Shown here: piece by piece, positions 19,178-28,415 of the stretch
How positions within the stretch are numbered: the first letter of the stretch is position 1
How the letters are laid out: every line of letters starts with the position of its first letter
NCBI GenBank assembly: GCA_048939015.1
Contig: JBHLPW010000009.1
Coordinates: 25,495 to 89,494 of the forward strand
Direction of reading: 5' to 3'
Length of the DNA: 64,000 nt
DNA from: Promethearchaeota archaeon
GTDB taxonomy: Archaea; Asgardarchaeota; Lokiarchaeia; Sigyniarchaeales; SOKP01
Notes under the pieces: generated by a model
Seen by the model: the letters and a program-made list of their open reading frames with translations, nothing else
Databases searched by the model: none
Told to the model about the DNA's origin: nothing
Position numbers and translations under genes: made by a program

Positions 19178-20227
19178 ATGAAAGTTGCTAGATATTTTAG
19201 TAATGATGACGTTAGAGAAGCGGAGATACCTAAACCAGAGATCGGTTCGGGAGAATTTTTAGTTAAGGTAAAAAAATCAGGAATCTGTGGATCTGATGTA
19301 TTAGAATATTATCGAAAAGCAAAAATGAAGAAAATGGGTGTTGATTCTTTAATTTTGGGGCATGAAATTGCTGGGGAAATTATCGAGAAAAGTGAGACTA
19401 TAAAACATCTTCGAATAGGCGATCGAGTATTTGTCTCACATCATGTTCCATGTTTTGAATGTCATTACTGTAAGCAAGGACATCACACCGCATGCGATCT
19501 CCTCCACAATACAAATTTTGATCCTGGAGGTTTTGCCGAATTCATTAGAATTCCTAAAATCAATATAGAAAAGAAAGGAGTCTATGTTCTAGATACGAAT
19601 GTTTCTTATGAGGAAGCAGTATTCATCGAACCTTTAGGCTGTGTATGTCGAGCTCAACGTTTGGCAAATGTTAAGAAAGGATTTACTGTCTTAATTTTGG
19701 GATGTGGGGCATCTGGATTACTTCATATTCAATTAGCGAAGTTAAGAGGTGCTAAAAATGTCATCGCGACTGATATCAATGAATTTCGTTTGCAAAAAGC
19801 AAAGGATTTTGGAGCAGATGAAGTTTTTGATGCAAAATTAGATTTACCTGAAGAAATAAAGAAGATCAATAAGTATAGGTTAGCTGATATTATCATAGTA
19901 TGTACGGGAGCCGTAACTGCAGCAAACCAAGCTTTAGAATGCGCTGCACCAGGAGGTAAAATTATTTTTTTTGCTGTTCCAGAGCCAGGGGTCTTCCTCA
20001 ATGTACCTATAAATCAATATTGGAGAAATGAAATTACAATAATGACATCATATGGGGCAGCGCCTATGGACCTCGATGAAGCATATAATTGGATACTTTC
20101 AAAAAGAATTAATGTTTTAGATTTAATCACACATAGATTTCCCCTCAACAAAGTTGGAGAAGCATTTAAAGTTGTATGTGAAGCGGGGGATTCAATTAAA
20201 GTAATTATAGATATGGAGCTAGATTAA
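19178..20227 (+). CDS. Zn-dependent (MDR) alcohol dehydrogenase, threonine/sorbitol DH-like
   Basis: GICGSD, GHEIAG, CFECHYC..C, GCGASG. Confidence 0.9.
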   Translation: MKVARYFSNDDVREAEIPKPEIGSGEFLVKVKKSGICGSDVLEYYRKAKMKKMGVDSLILGHEIAGEIIEKSETIKHLRIGDRVFVSHHVPCFECHYCKQGHHTACDLLHNTNFDPGGFAEFIRIPKINIEKKGVYVLDTNVSYEEAVFIEPLGCVCRAQRLANVKKGFTVLILGCGASGLLHIQLAKLRGAKNVIATDINEFRLQKAKDFGADEVFDAKLDLPEEIKKINKYRLADIIIVCTGAVTAANQALECAAPGGKIIFFAVPEPGVFLNVPINQYWRNEITIMTSYGAAPMDLDEAYNWILSKRINVLDLITHRFPLNKVGEAFKVVCEAGDSIKVIIDMELD

Positions 20228-20239
20228 TTTTAAAATTAT

Positions 20240-21205
20240 TTATTTATGAAAGTATTTACTTCTTTGGATATGTTTCCTAATTATCCAGGATTCCCATAAA
20301 GAGTATATTTCCAATAGAAAATCTTTTAATTTTTTTTTAGGGAAAAAAATGTCCATTTTAAGTAAATGTTTAACAGCTTCTTCTTCAGTTATTTTTAAAC
20401 TACCCAATTTCTTTAAAGCGAAGTCGACTTTTTTTTGATTAGAATTAATTTTATTTCTCATATACTCAAATGGATATGTATCAGGGTGCTTTATAATATA
20501 AGAATGACTAGAAGTCAAATATTCCGCACTATTTAAAAAAATAGATTCTGCACGATTAATATCATCAAGGTATTGAATAATAGAGGCATCTCGAAACCCA
20601 TACCATGGTCCAAAGCCATCAATTTCAAGATTTGGTTTATCAAACCCTAAACAGCTTATATGAAGTATCTGTTCTTTGGGTAATAAAAATCCGACATGCG
20701 CTTTCGAGTGACCAGGAAATGGAATAGTTTTTACTATAAAATTTCCAAATTTCAGTATTTCACCGGGGTTGAAAGAATTTACTTGATTACAATTATGAAA
20801 TCCATTTAATTCTCCAAACTTTTCAATAGAAGAGTACTTAACTGATTCATCGAATCCGAAACCTTCATAAAAATTATGTAAATCAATCAAAAATTTCGCT
20901 TCAGGTCTTGGAGCATGAATTTTTGCTCCTAGTTGTTCCCAAGCATAGACATGACTAGTATGGTCAACGTGGGCATGGGTACATATGTAATTTGAAACAG
21001 GGCCATATATCTCGTTAAGAGTATTGATATATCTTGGTTCAATATTCAAATCAAGACCTATCAATCTTTCATTTCTACCTTCTTTAGGCAAAATTAGAAG
21101 CCCATCACAACAAGAAAAGAAAAATGGGGTCTTTATCTGATGTACAAGTAATATATTTTCTGTAACTTCCCATATTTCAAGATTATCTATTTTTGGAAGA
21201 GACAT
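20240..21205 (-). CDS. Metallo-beta-lactamase-fold hydrolase
   Basis: THAHVDH, FPGHS, TSSH. Confidence 0.8.
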   Translation of the reverse strand: MSLPKIDNLEIWEVTENILLVHQIKTPFFFSCCDGLLILPKEGRNERLIGLDLNIEPRYINTLNEIYGPVSNYICTHAHVDHTSHVYAWEQLGAKIHAPRPEAKFLIDLHNFYEGFGFDESVKYSSIEKFGELNGFHNCNQVNSFNPGEILKFGNFIVKTIPFPGHSKAHVGFLLPKEQILHISCLGFDKPNLEIDGFGPWYGFRDASIIQYLDDINRAESIFLNSAEYLTSSHSYIIKHPDTYPFEYMRNKINSNQKKVDFALKKLGSLKITEEEAVKHLLKMDIFFPKKKLKDFLLEIYSLWESWIIRKHIQRSKYFHK

Positions 21206-21320
21206 CTATATAATTTTAAGATTCTTTACCAAACTGCAATAAAGAATAAATAAAGCTTTAATAAGTTGATTGTAAAAAAAGTAAATTAAATCCAATTAAA
21301 TATATGAAGGGATAATAATA

Positions 21321-22457
21321 TTATTTAAAAGCGTACAAAATATAATATGGTGCTAGATATATGCCCTTATTGGAAAATAAATTAATAATAAGATTAGCTA
21401 ATTTTGATATTGGATTATATATTGGAGCAATGTTCAGATTTATCTTAGGAATATATTTCTTTGTAGTGAGATTTTTTCTGTTTTCATAAAATCCTGCTAT
21501 TAGTTGACCATTATAACCATTTTGGGTAAAAAACTCTAATAAATCATTTGGAACCATTAATCTTTCAGCCCAATTTCCTGTAATGGGATCACATGTATTT
21601 GATGGAAACCTTTTCTCTTTTTCTGTAGGCAATATTTTTGAATCTAAATAATTTAAAACGCATTCTTTTATGTCATCTTCAATTAATCCTCTAGTTAGCC
21701 TTGTTAAGAGATTTAATTCTTTAGAATTTAATTTTCCACCTGAACTCTTAAAAATTATCTGCTTTCTTATTTTCGCATAAGCTTCTAATGTGTATCCCTC
21801 TTTATGTCCATATTCTTTTTGTTTATCAATAAATTCACTATTATGGTGGTGAATTTTTATCCTTCTTTTAATAATAGGGTTGTAAGGATTCGCTCCTGAA
21901 GCTAATACGAGACTTAGGCTTTTTTGAGGTAATTCCATTAATCCTTGAAAAAAAGCTTCAATATTATAAATGTGCTCGATTACATCATAAGTTCCTACAG
22001 CATTACAATAGATACCTCTATCATTGCAGTAATTTACAATTTCTTTTATTTCACCCAAAATGTACTCATCTGCAGGATTCCCTATTGATTCAGCAATCGC
22101 TTTAGCATCCCGACAAGAAGTACTGTAAATGTCATTATATATAACTTTACCAATTCCGATTTCTTTTGCTAATAGAGAGAAGATTCCAGAACCACCACCA
22201 TACTCAATAAAGACGAAGTCTTCTAAGGAATTCCTATAATTTTTCAAACATAGAGCTAATAATAGAGAATACCTTTGCAATGTTCCTTTCAAATTTGAAA
22301 TTGATTTTCCAAAATAATTTGCCATGTAATCTGAAATATTTAAAGAGTTTAAATCTAAACTATCTAATTTTTTAAATAAACTACTTGCTGCTCCTTTAAT
22401 ATCATCCAATAACTTTTGATTTCTTTGTAGATATTTAGATTTAAATATAAAATCCAT
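21321..22457 (-). CDS. Class I SAM-dependent methyltransferase-like protein
   Basis: FIEYGGGSGIFS, VIYND, YDVIEHI. Confidence 0.75.
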   Translation of the reverse strand: MDFIFKSKYLQRNQKLLDDIKGAASSLFKKLDSLDLNSLNISDYMANYFGKSISNLKGTLQRYSLLLALCLKNYRNSLEDFVFIEYGGGSGIFSLLAKEIGIGKVIYNDIYSTSCRDAKAIAESIGNPADEYILGEIKEIVNYCNDRGIYCNAVGTYDVIEHIYNIEAFFQGLMELPQKSLSLVLASGANPYNPIIKRRIKIHHHNSEFIDKQKEYGHKEGYTLEAYAKIRKQIIFKSSGGKLNSKELNLLTRLTRGLIEDDIKECVLNYLDSKILPTEKEKRFPSNTCDPITGNWAERLMVPNDLLEFFTQNGYNGQLIAGFYENRKNLTTKKYIPKINLNIAPIYNPISKLANLIINLFSNKGIYLAPYYILYAFK

Positions 22458-22511
22458 GATAAATATAAAAAAAAAGAATTTAATTACTTAATGAATTTCA
22501 TTTGATTTAGG

Positions 22512-22916
22512 TTAAAATAACGGTTTTAATTTATCCTCTTGTTGAAGGAAGGTAAGTAAAAAAAGAGCTAGCAAAATAATAGTGATTACAATTGTTAATG
22601 CTCCCATAGCAGGGTTAAAAGTAATGAAACTAATAATTGATGTAATTAAATTAGCCACTAGCCATACAACTTCAAGAATTACAACTATCTTAACCTCTTT
22701 CCATTCTTTTGCAAAGATTCCTAACAGAGAGCTTACTGTAAGTCCCGCAAAAGCAGATGCAACTGTCAATGTAATCGCATGAATATCATTGGTAACCGTC
22801 ATTCCGTATATAGGAACAGAAACATCTGGCATAAAAAATAATATAGTAAAAATAAGAGCTATTACGAAATGGATTATGAAAGTTAATTTCGTGAATTTTT
22901 GAATTTCTTCCGCCAT
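22512..22916 (-). CDS. Small four-TM membrane protein
   Basis: Four hydrophobic segments. Confidence 0.65.
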   Translation of the reverse strand: MAEEIQKFTKLTFIIHFVIALIFTILFFMPDVSVPIYGMTVTNDIHAITLTVASAFAGLTVSSLLGIFAKEWKEVKIVVILEVVWLVANLITSIISFITFNPAMGALTIVITIILLALFLLTFLQQEDKLKPLF

Positions 22917-23060
22917 TTTTTAGATCACTTTTTTAAATTTTTTTTTATTAAATGGTTTAATATACTCATATTCTCTAATATATAAAGCTATAAAACCCAA
23001 TAATATTAGGTTAAATATGAGAATTAATCAAAAACTTAAAAAAAAGAAATAAAAGAGTAA

Positions 23061-23843
23061 TTATAGCCCTTTTGGACCTTGTTTATATATTTCAAATGCT
23101 TCCTCCACAGAAGCATTATTATGAACTATTTCACGTACAGCTTTGATCATTCCAATAGGAGAATCACTTTGGAATATATTTCTCCCCATATCAACTCCAA
23201 CAGCTCCTTTTTCAATTGCATTCTTAGCCATTTCTAATGCATCTCTTTCCTCAACTTTTTTTCCGCCTGCTATAACAATTGGTACAGGACAAATGCTGGT
23301 AACATTTTCAAAATTAGGGCAATAATAAGTTTTTACAAATGTAGCACCCATTTCTGCTGCCATTCTACTAGCCATTCCAAGATATCTATCATCTCTAACC
23401 ATTTCTCTCCCTACAGCTGTGACGGCTAAGGTTGGAATTCCATATTCCTGTCCCCAATTAACAAGTTTTGATAAATTCATTAAACTTTGCTTCTCAAACT
23501 CTCCTCCAACAAAGATTGAACAAGTTATTGCTGAAACATTTAATCTTATTGCATCTTCGATTGTAACATTTATTTCTTCATTTGAGAGTTCTTTTAACAT
23601 ACTGGCTCCGGCTGATACTCTTAATACAATAGGTATATCAATATTAGGATCAACACAGCTTCTCAACATCCCTCGAGTCAGCATTAATGCATCAGCATAT
23701 TCAAATAATGGATTTAAATCTCCAAAACATTTTAATTGTCCTGGAACGTTTCCAAAATAACCATGATCTACAGCTAACATTACACAATGTCCGGATTTAG
23801 GTTTTATTATTCTTGATAACCTATTTCGCATCCCATAATCCAT
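23061..23843 (-). CDS. lsrF: LsrF-like DhnA/class I aldolase-family enzyme
   Basis: MDYGMRNRLSRI, MLAVDHGY, FVKTYY, VIAGGKK, GVDMGRNIFQ. Confidence 0.8.
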   Translation of the reverse strand: MDYGMRNRLSRIIKPKSGHCVMLAVDHGYFGNVPGQLKCFGDLNPLFEYADALMLTRGMLRSCVDPNIDIPIVLRVSAGASMLKELSNEEINVTIEDAIRLNVSAITCSIFVGGEFEKQSLMNLSKLVNWGQEYGIPTLAVTAVGREMVRDDRYLGMASRMAAEMGATFVKTYYCPNFENVTSICPVPIVIAGGKKVEERDALEMAKNAIEKGAVGVDMGRNIFQSDSPIGMIKAVREIVHNNASVEEAFEIYKQGPKGL

Positions 23844-23945
23844 CTTAGTTCACTTTTTACTGATATTTTTATTTAAGATAACTTTATTAGATAATTTAGG
23901 ATCTCTATTTTACTTTTTCTATAAAAAAAAAGAAATTGTGAGCAT

Positions 23946-24794
23946 TTAAATAACGCTTAAGAATTCACCGACTCTATTTTTAATCTTTGAAACAATTTTC
24001 TTTGAAATATTTCGCCTAATAAACTCTTTAATCAAAATCAAACGGTAATTGCTAATTTTTTTGATGCTTAACGCTTTAGATACTTTTTCTATTAAATCGT
24101 CCTCATATATTTGATCAAAAGTTTCAAGGATTGATACTGTATAATGCACTTCATTAATTAATTGAGCGATATCTTGTTGCATGAGCTTTATTTGTTCATC
24201 TTCATCAATAATTTCCAAGGCTCTTTTAATGACCTGTTCTTCGAATTTTAATTTATATGTCCAAGGAGTTTGAAAAATATGTTGAGCTGTATCCAGTATT
24301 AAAGCATTTTTATCCTTAACTTTAATTTTATTAATATCTGGATCTTCAATTATATTAATTGTTTTACTTCCTCTGTATGTCTCTGGCAATATATTGTCTC
24401 CTATTGAATTCAATAAGGACTCACTATATTTGAAATCATTGTCTTTTATTATATATGAGGGATAATTAAATATTTTTGCATGAATAAGACTAAAAATTCC
24501 ATAGATTCCAAAAATTTGAATTAAGTTTCTAAGATTTATCCTTCCTGCTGTCTCCCTTTCAATTTCAGGAGAAATACTGCTCATAAAGATGTCAATCTTT
24601 TCATAACCCCTTATATTTCCTTTGGTATCTACAAACATGATAAATTGGTGTTCTGGACAAACCGCATTGATAGGTATTTGAATTTTTATAGTACCAAATT
24701 TTTTTTGAGAGAAGACAGCTTCAGGTATATTAATGTTTTTGGCTTTTCCGCAGGTAGGACACACTACATTAAGAACTTTATACGATTCAGCCAT
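23946..24794 (-). CDS. Hypothetical protein with N-terminal Zn-ribbon
   Basis: CPTC...CPEH, then FVDTKGNIRGYEKID. Confidence 0.65.
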   Translation of the reverse strand: MAESYKVLNVVCPTCGKAKNINIPEAVFSQKKFGTIKIQIPINAVCPEHQFIMFVDTKGNIRGYEKIDIFMSSISPEIERETAGRINLRNLIQIFGIYGIFSLIHAKIFNYPSYIIKDNDFKYSESLLNSIGDNILPETYRGSKTINIIEDPDINKIKVKDKNALILDTAQHIFQTPWTYKLKFEEQVIKRALEIIDEDEQIKLMQQDIAQLINEVHYTVSILETFDQIYEDDLIEKVSKALSIKKISNYRLILIKEFIRRNISKKIVSKIKNRVGEFLSVI

Positions 24795-24886
24795 ACTTCA
24801 ATTAATCAAATTAATATTTCAACTAGTTATAAATAGAGAAATTCTACATATAAAATTTAATGAAATAGCTTTAAAAAAATAAATTG

Positions 24887-25597
24887 CTATAAAAGGAGCT
24901 TATCTAATTGTTTTTTCCAGACATGATAATCTGAAACATAGTTAAAACCACAAACAAGAGTTATATCTCTCTTTTCCACGAAATTATTTATCTTTTTTGC
25001 TCCTTCTCTAGTATATTGGATTGATCCATAAGGATTTAGTATAAAACCTTGATCTAAGAGGATTAAATAATCACAAATAAAAAGTATTCCTTCAAAAGTA
25101 TAAATGGTAAATCCTTGAGTGTGTCCACCAATATGAGTTGCTTCTATTCCAGATAAATTAAAATTTTGGGTAAACTTTTTATCAAAAGGATGCTTTGATG
25201 AAATTGGATGTTCCGCATCATTCTTATGAATCCAAATAAATGCAGTATAATATCCCCTATAAAGATTAGATGCCCCAAGAAAATGATGATGTGTAAATAA
25301 AATTTTATCCATGGGTTCTAAATCTTTAGAAAAGGTTGAAGGACAATCAATCCAAATTCTTTTATTATCTGTTTCAATACTATAAGCAGAATGTTCAAGT
25401 CCTAAAGGAGGATATGAATTTAATCGTAAAACTTTATCCGTTATCCTTGTACTTATAATAACATAATTATTTGAACACTCCTCAGCAGTTATAAAATTTT
25501 CATAAGAAGAACCACAAAAGGGGCAAAACTGAAGATACTGCCCTATCATATTATAACCACATTTTTTGCATACTAACTGTTTTTGTAGCTCTGTCAT
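24887..25597 (-). CDS. Rubredoxin-like metal-binding domain + MBL-fold hydrolase
   Basis: CKKCGY...CPFCG; FTHHHF, GGHTQG. Confidence 0.75.
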   Translation of the reverse strand: MTELQKQLVCKKCGYNMIGQYLQFCPFCGSSYENFITAEECSNNYVIISTRITDKVLRLNSYPPLGLEHSAYSIETDNKRIWIDCPSTFSKDLEPMDKILFTHHHFLGASNLYRGYYTAFIWIHKNDAEHPISSKHPFDKKFTQNFNLSGIEATHIGGHTQGFTIYTFEGILFICDYLILLDQGFILNPYGSIQYTREGAKKINNFVEKRDITLVCGFNYVSDYHVWKKQLDKLLL

Positions 25598-25704
25598 TTC
25601 ACTTAATTTGTCTATAATTATCTAAATATTAATAAATCTTCTTTCGGATTATCTCTTATTGATTTTTAATAGATTTAATCTAAAAAATTATAACTGTTGG
25701 ATTT

Positions 25705-26985
25705 ATGAATACTAACATTTCAGAAGAAGATTCGAAGTATATGTATGATTTTATCAAAAGTATTATTGATCAAATTGGTCCAAGAATGTCATGCAGCAAG
25801 CAAGAAGCAGAAACCGCTGAAATAATTAAGGAAGAGTTTGAGAAATCCTGTGATGAGATCATAGTCGAGGAATTTAAATGTCATCCAAAAGCATTCTTAG
25901 GTTGGATCAAATTGGATATGATTATGATTGTAATTTCGATTCTACTTTATTTCATTAGTCAAATATTTACACAACAATTCTGGTTAGTATTTATGAGTAT
26001 ATTATCCTTTCTTCTAGTATTTTTACCTTTTCTAATTATGTGGGAAGAATTTTTTAATTACAGAGAGTTTATTGATCCAATATTTCGTAAAAAGGCTTCA
26101 CAAAACATAATTGGTAAATTTAAATCTCAGGGTGAGCTTAATAAAATTATTATTTTTTCAAGTCATATGGATACCGCGATTGAATTTAAATTAATGAAAC
26201 TTTTAGGATGGAAATTTATACCAATAGCATTCGGAATAATTTTTCTTATGCTTTTTTGGTTGATCCTTTCATTTCTAAATTTAACCTTTATTCTAATCGG
26301 ATTTATGAATTTGAAAGCAATTTTTCTCAATATTATGATCTGGGCTCTTATCATTGAAAGCCCATTTATTATCCTTTTATATTTTTTTGTACCATTGGGA
26401 GAGAAGGGTAATGTAGTGCCAGGTGCTGCAGATAATCTAAGTAGTTGTTCGGTTATTCAAGGAATGGGAAGATTTTTAAAAAGAAATAGAGATGTGATCC
26501 CTCCTAATACTGAGATTAGATTGATTAGTTTTGGATGTGAAGAAGTTGGGTTGAGGGGAGCGTATCGCTATGTAGAAGCACATCATAAAGAACTAAAAAA
26601 ATATGAAACCTCGGTTATTAATATGGATGGACTAGAGAAACCTGATCACGTATATATAATAGAATTTGAACCGACAACTAGAACTTGGCACTCTGAGGAA
26701 ATAATTCAAAAATTATTACAAGCAGCAAAAATGGCTAATGTTGAAGCGAAGATTATGGGCTCAGGAAGATTAGAAAAAACATTAGGTCGCCTTACAGGTG
26801 GTTCAGATGCTGCTGCGTTTTCAAAAGCTGGGATTAAAGCTGGTTTTCTAAATGCTGCTGATTGGAAAAATCGCTCTAACTATTATCATCAATCTGGAGA
26901 TACTTTTGATAAAGTAAAAAAAGGTACATTAGAAAGTATCCTAAAAATTTGTATTACATTCTTAATGAATGAATCAAAATCATAA
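25705..26985 (+). CDS. M28-family metallopeptidase with inserted TM helices, paralog 1
   Basis: SSHMDT, GAADNLSS, GCEEVG, INMD, GGSDAAAF, YYH. Confidence 0.85.
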   Translation: MNTNISEEDSKYMYDFIKSIIDQIGPRMSCSKQEAETAEIIKEEFEKSCDEIIVEEFKCHPKAFLGWIKLDMIMIVISILLYFISQIFTQQFWLVFMSILSFLLVFLPFLIMWEEFFNYREFIDPIFRKKASQNIIGKFKSQGELNKIIIFSSHMDTAIEFKLMKLLGWKFIPIAFGIIFLMLFWLILSFLNLTFILIGFMNLKAIFLNIMIWALIIESPFIILLYFFVPLGEKGNVVPGAADNLSSCSVIQGMGRFLKRNRDVIPPNTEIRLISFGCEEVGLRGAYRYVEAHHKELKKYETSVINMDGLEKPDHVYIIEFEPTTRTWHSEEIIQKLLQAAKMANVEAKIMGSGRLEKTLGRLTGGSDAAAFSKAGIKAGFLNAADWKNRSNYYHQSGDTFDKVKKGTLESILKICITFLMNESKS

Positions 26986-27064
26986 GAATAAGTTTTTATA
27001 AATTTAATTTTTTTACTTTTCAATCCTTGAAAAAAAAGCTTTCATATAACATTGGGGGAATATT

Positions 27065-28378
27065 TTGAAGATTGAAATTTCAAAAGAAGATTCAGAATAC
27101 ATGTATGATATCATACAACAGATAATTGATGAATGTGGACCTCGAATGCCTTGTAGTCCGCAAGAAGCGAAAGGGGCAGAAATGATAAAAAATCAGCTTG
27201 AAAAGACTTGCGATGAGGTGATTAGTGAGCCTTTTTTTTGTCATCCAAGAGCAGCATTAGGATGGATAAAAATTGACATTTTTCTAGTTTTATTATCATT
27301 TAGCTTATTTCTTTTAATTCGATTATTCATAGATTCATATTGGGTATATTTTTTATCCCCATTAGCAGCCCTCCTAGCATTCTTAGCAATTTTAATTGCG
27401 TGGGAGGAATTTTTTAGTTATAAGGAGTTTATTGATCCAATTTTTAAACAGAAGGAATCTCAAAATGTTATAGGTAAAATTAAACCTGAAGAAGAAGTAA
27501 AAAAAATTTTAATTTTCTCTGGTCATCATGATAGTGCTTTACAATTTAATCTTTTAAGATATCTAAAATATGGATATGAAATAATAATTTTCTTAGGATT
27601 GGGGATTTTATTTCTTTGGTTAGTCACATCTGTAATATTTGTAATCCTTTCCATATTTTCATATTTACTAGATATAATTGTGATTTACCAATCGTTTTTC
27701 TATTTTACCATTTGGTTACTGATTATTGGGAGTATACCTTTGATATCATTGTTTTTTTTTGTAAGTCCTGGAGAAAAAGCTAATAAAGTTCCAGGAGCAG
27801 TAGATAATTTAAGTGCAATTGCAGTTATTTTAGCTCTGGCAAGATATTTGAAGAAACATAAAGAAATTATACCAAAGAATACAGAAATAAGAATAATATC
27901 ATTTGGATGTGAAGAAGCCTTTTTAAGAGGGGCTTTTCGCTATGTAGAATCTCATTTAGAAGAATTGCAAAAATATGATGCTGAATGCATTAATTTAGAT
28001 GCAATTGAAAGTAAAGATCATCTAGCATTTTCAGAAAAAGAACCAACGACAAGAACAAATCATAATAAAGAAGTTGTTCAAAAACTTATTAAAGCGGCTG
28101 AATTAGTCGATATAAAAGTAAATGTAGCGGGTTTGGGAGGAGGAACTTTTCTTGAGAAGTTAGCAGGGTTAATGGGGGGAGGTACTGATGCCGCTGCCTT
28201 CTCAAAATCAAAAATAAAAGCTAGTTCTATTACTGCTATGAATTTACTTAAAATGGTGCATTTTTACCATCAAGAATCAGATACTCTAGATAAAATTGAA
28301 AAGGGTGTACTAGAAAATACTTTAAAGATATGTATTGGGTATATAATGAATGAATTTAGAAATGAAAAAGATTCATAG
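27065..28378 (+). CDS. M28-family metallopeptidase with inserted TM helices, paralog 2
   Basis: SGHHDS, GAVDNLS, GCEEAF, INLD, GGTDAAAF, FYH. Confidence 0.85.
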   Translation: MKIEISKEDSEYMYDIIQQIIDECGPRMPCSPQEAKGAEMIKNQLEKTCDEVISEPFFCHPRAALGWIKIDIFLVLLSFSLFLLIRLFIDSYWVYFLSPLAALLAFLAILIAWEEFFSYKEFIDPIFKQKESQNVIGKIKPEEEVKKILIFSGHHDSALQFNLLRYLKYGYEIIIFLGLGILFLWLVTSVIFVILSIFSYLLDIIVIYQSFFYFTIWLLIIGSIPLISLFFFVSPGEKANKVPGAVDNLSAIAVILALARYLKKHKEIIPKNTEIRIISFGCEEAFLRGAFRYVESHLEELQKYDAECINLDAIESKDHLAFSEKEPTTRTNHNKEVVQKLIKAAELVDIKVNVAGLGGGTFLEKLAGLMGGGTDAAAFSKSKIKASSITAMNLLKMVHFYHQESDTLDKIEKGVLENTLKICIGYIMNEFRNEKDS

Positions 28379-28415
28379 TATTTCTTTTTATGTTTATTAT
28401 TTAAAAAAAAAAAAA

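Noticed and set aside
23061-23843. AI-2 quorum-sensing (lsr) system
   Set aside because: Only the LsrF-like enzyme is present, with no lsrK/lsrG/lsrABCD nearby, and the family is widespread in other sugar metabolism.
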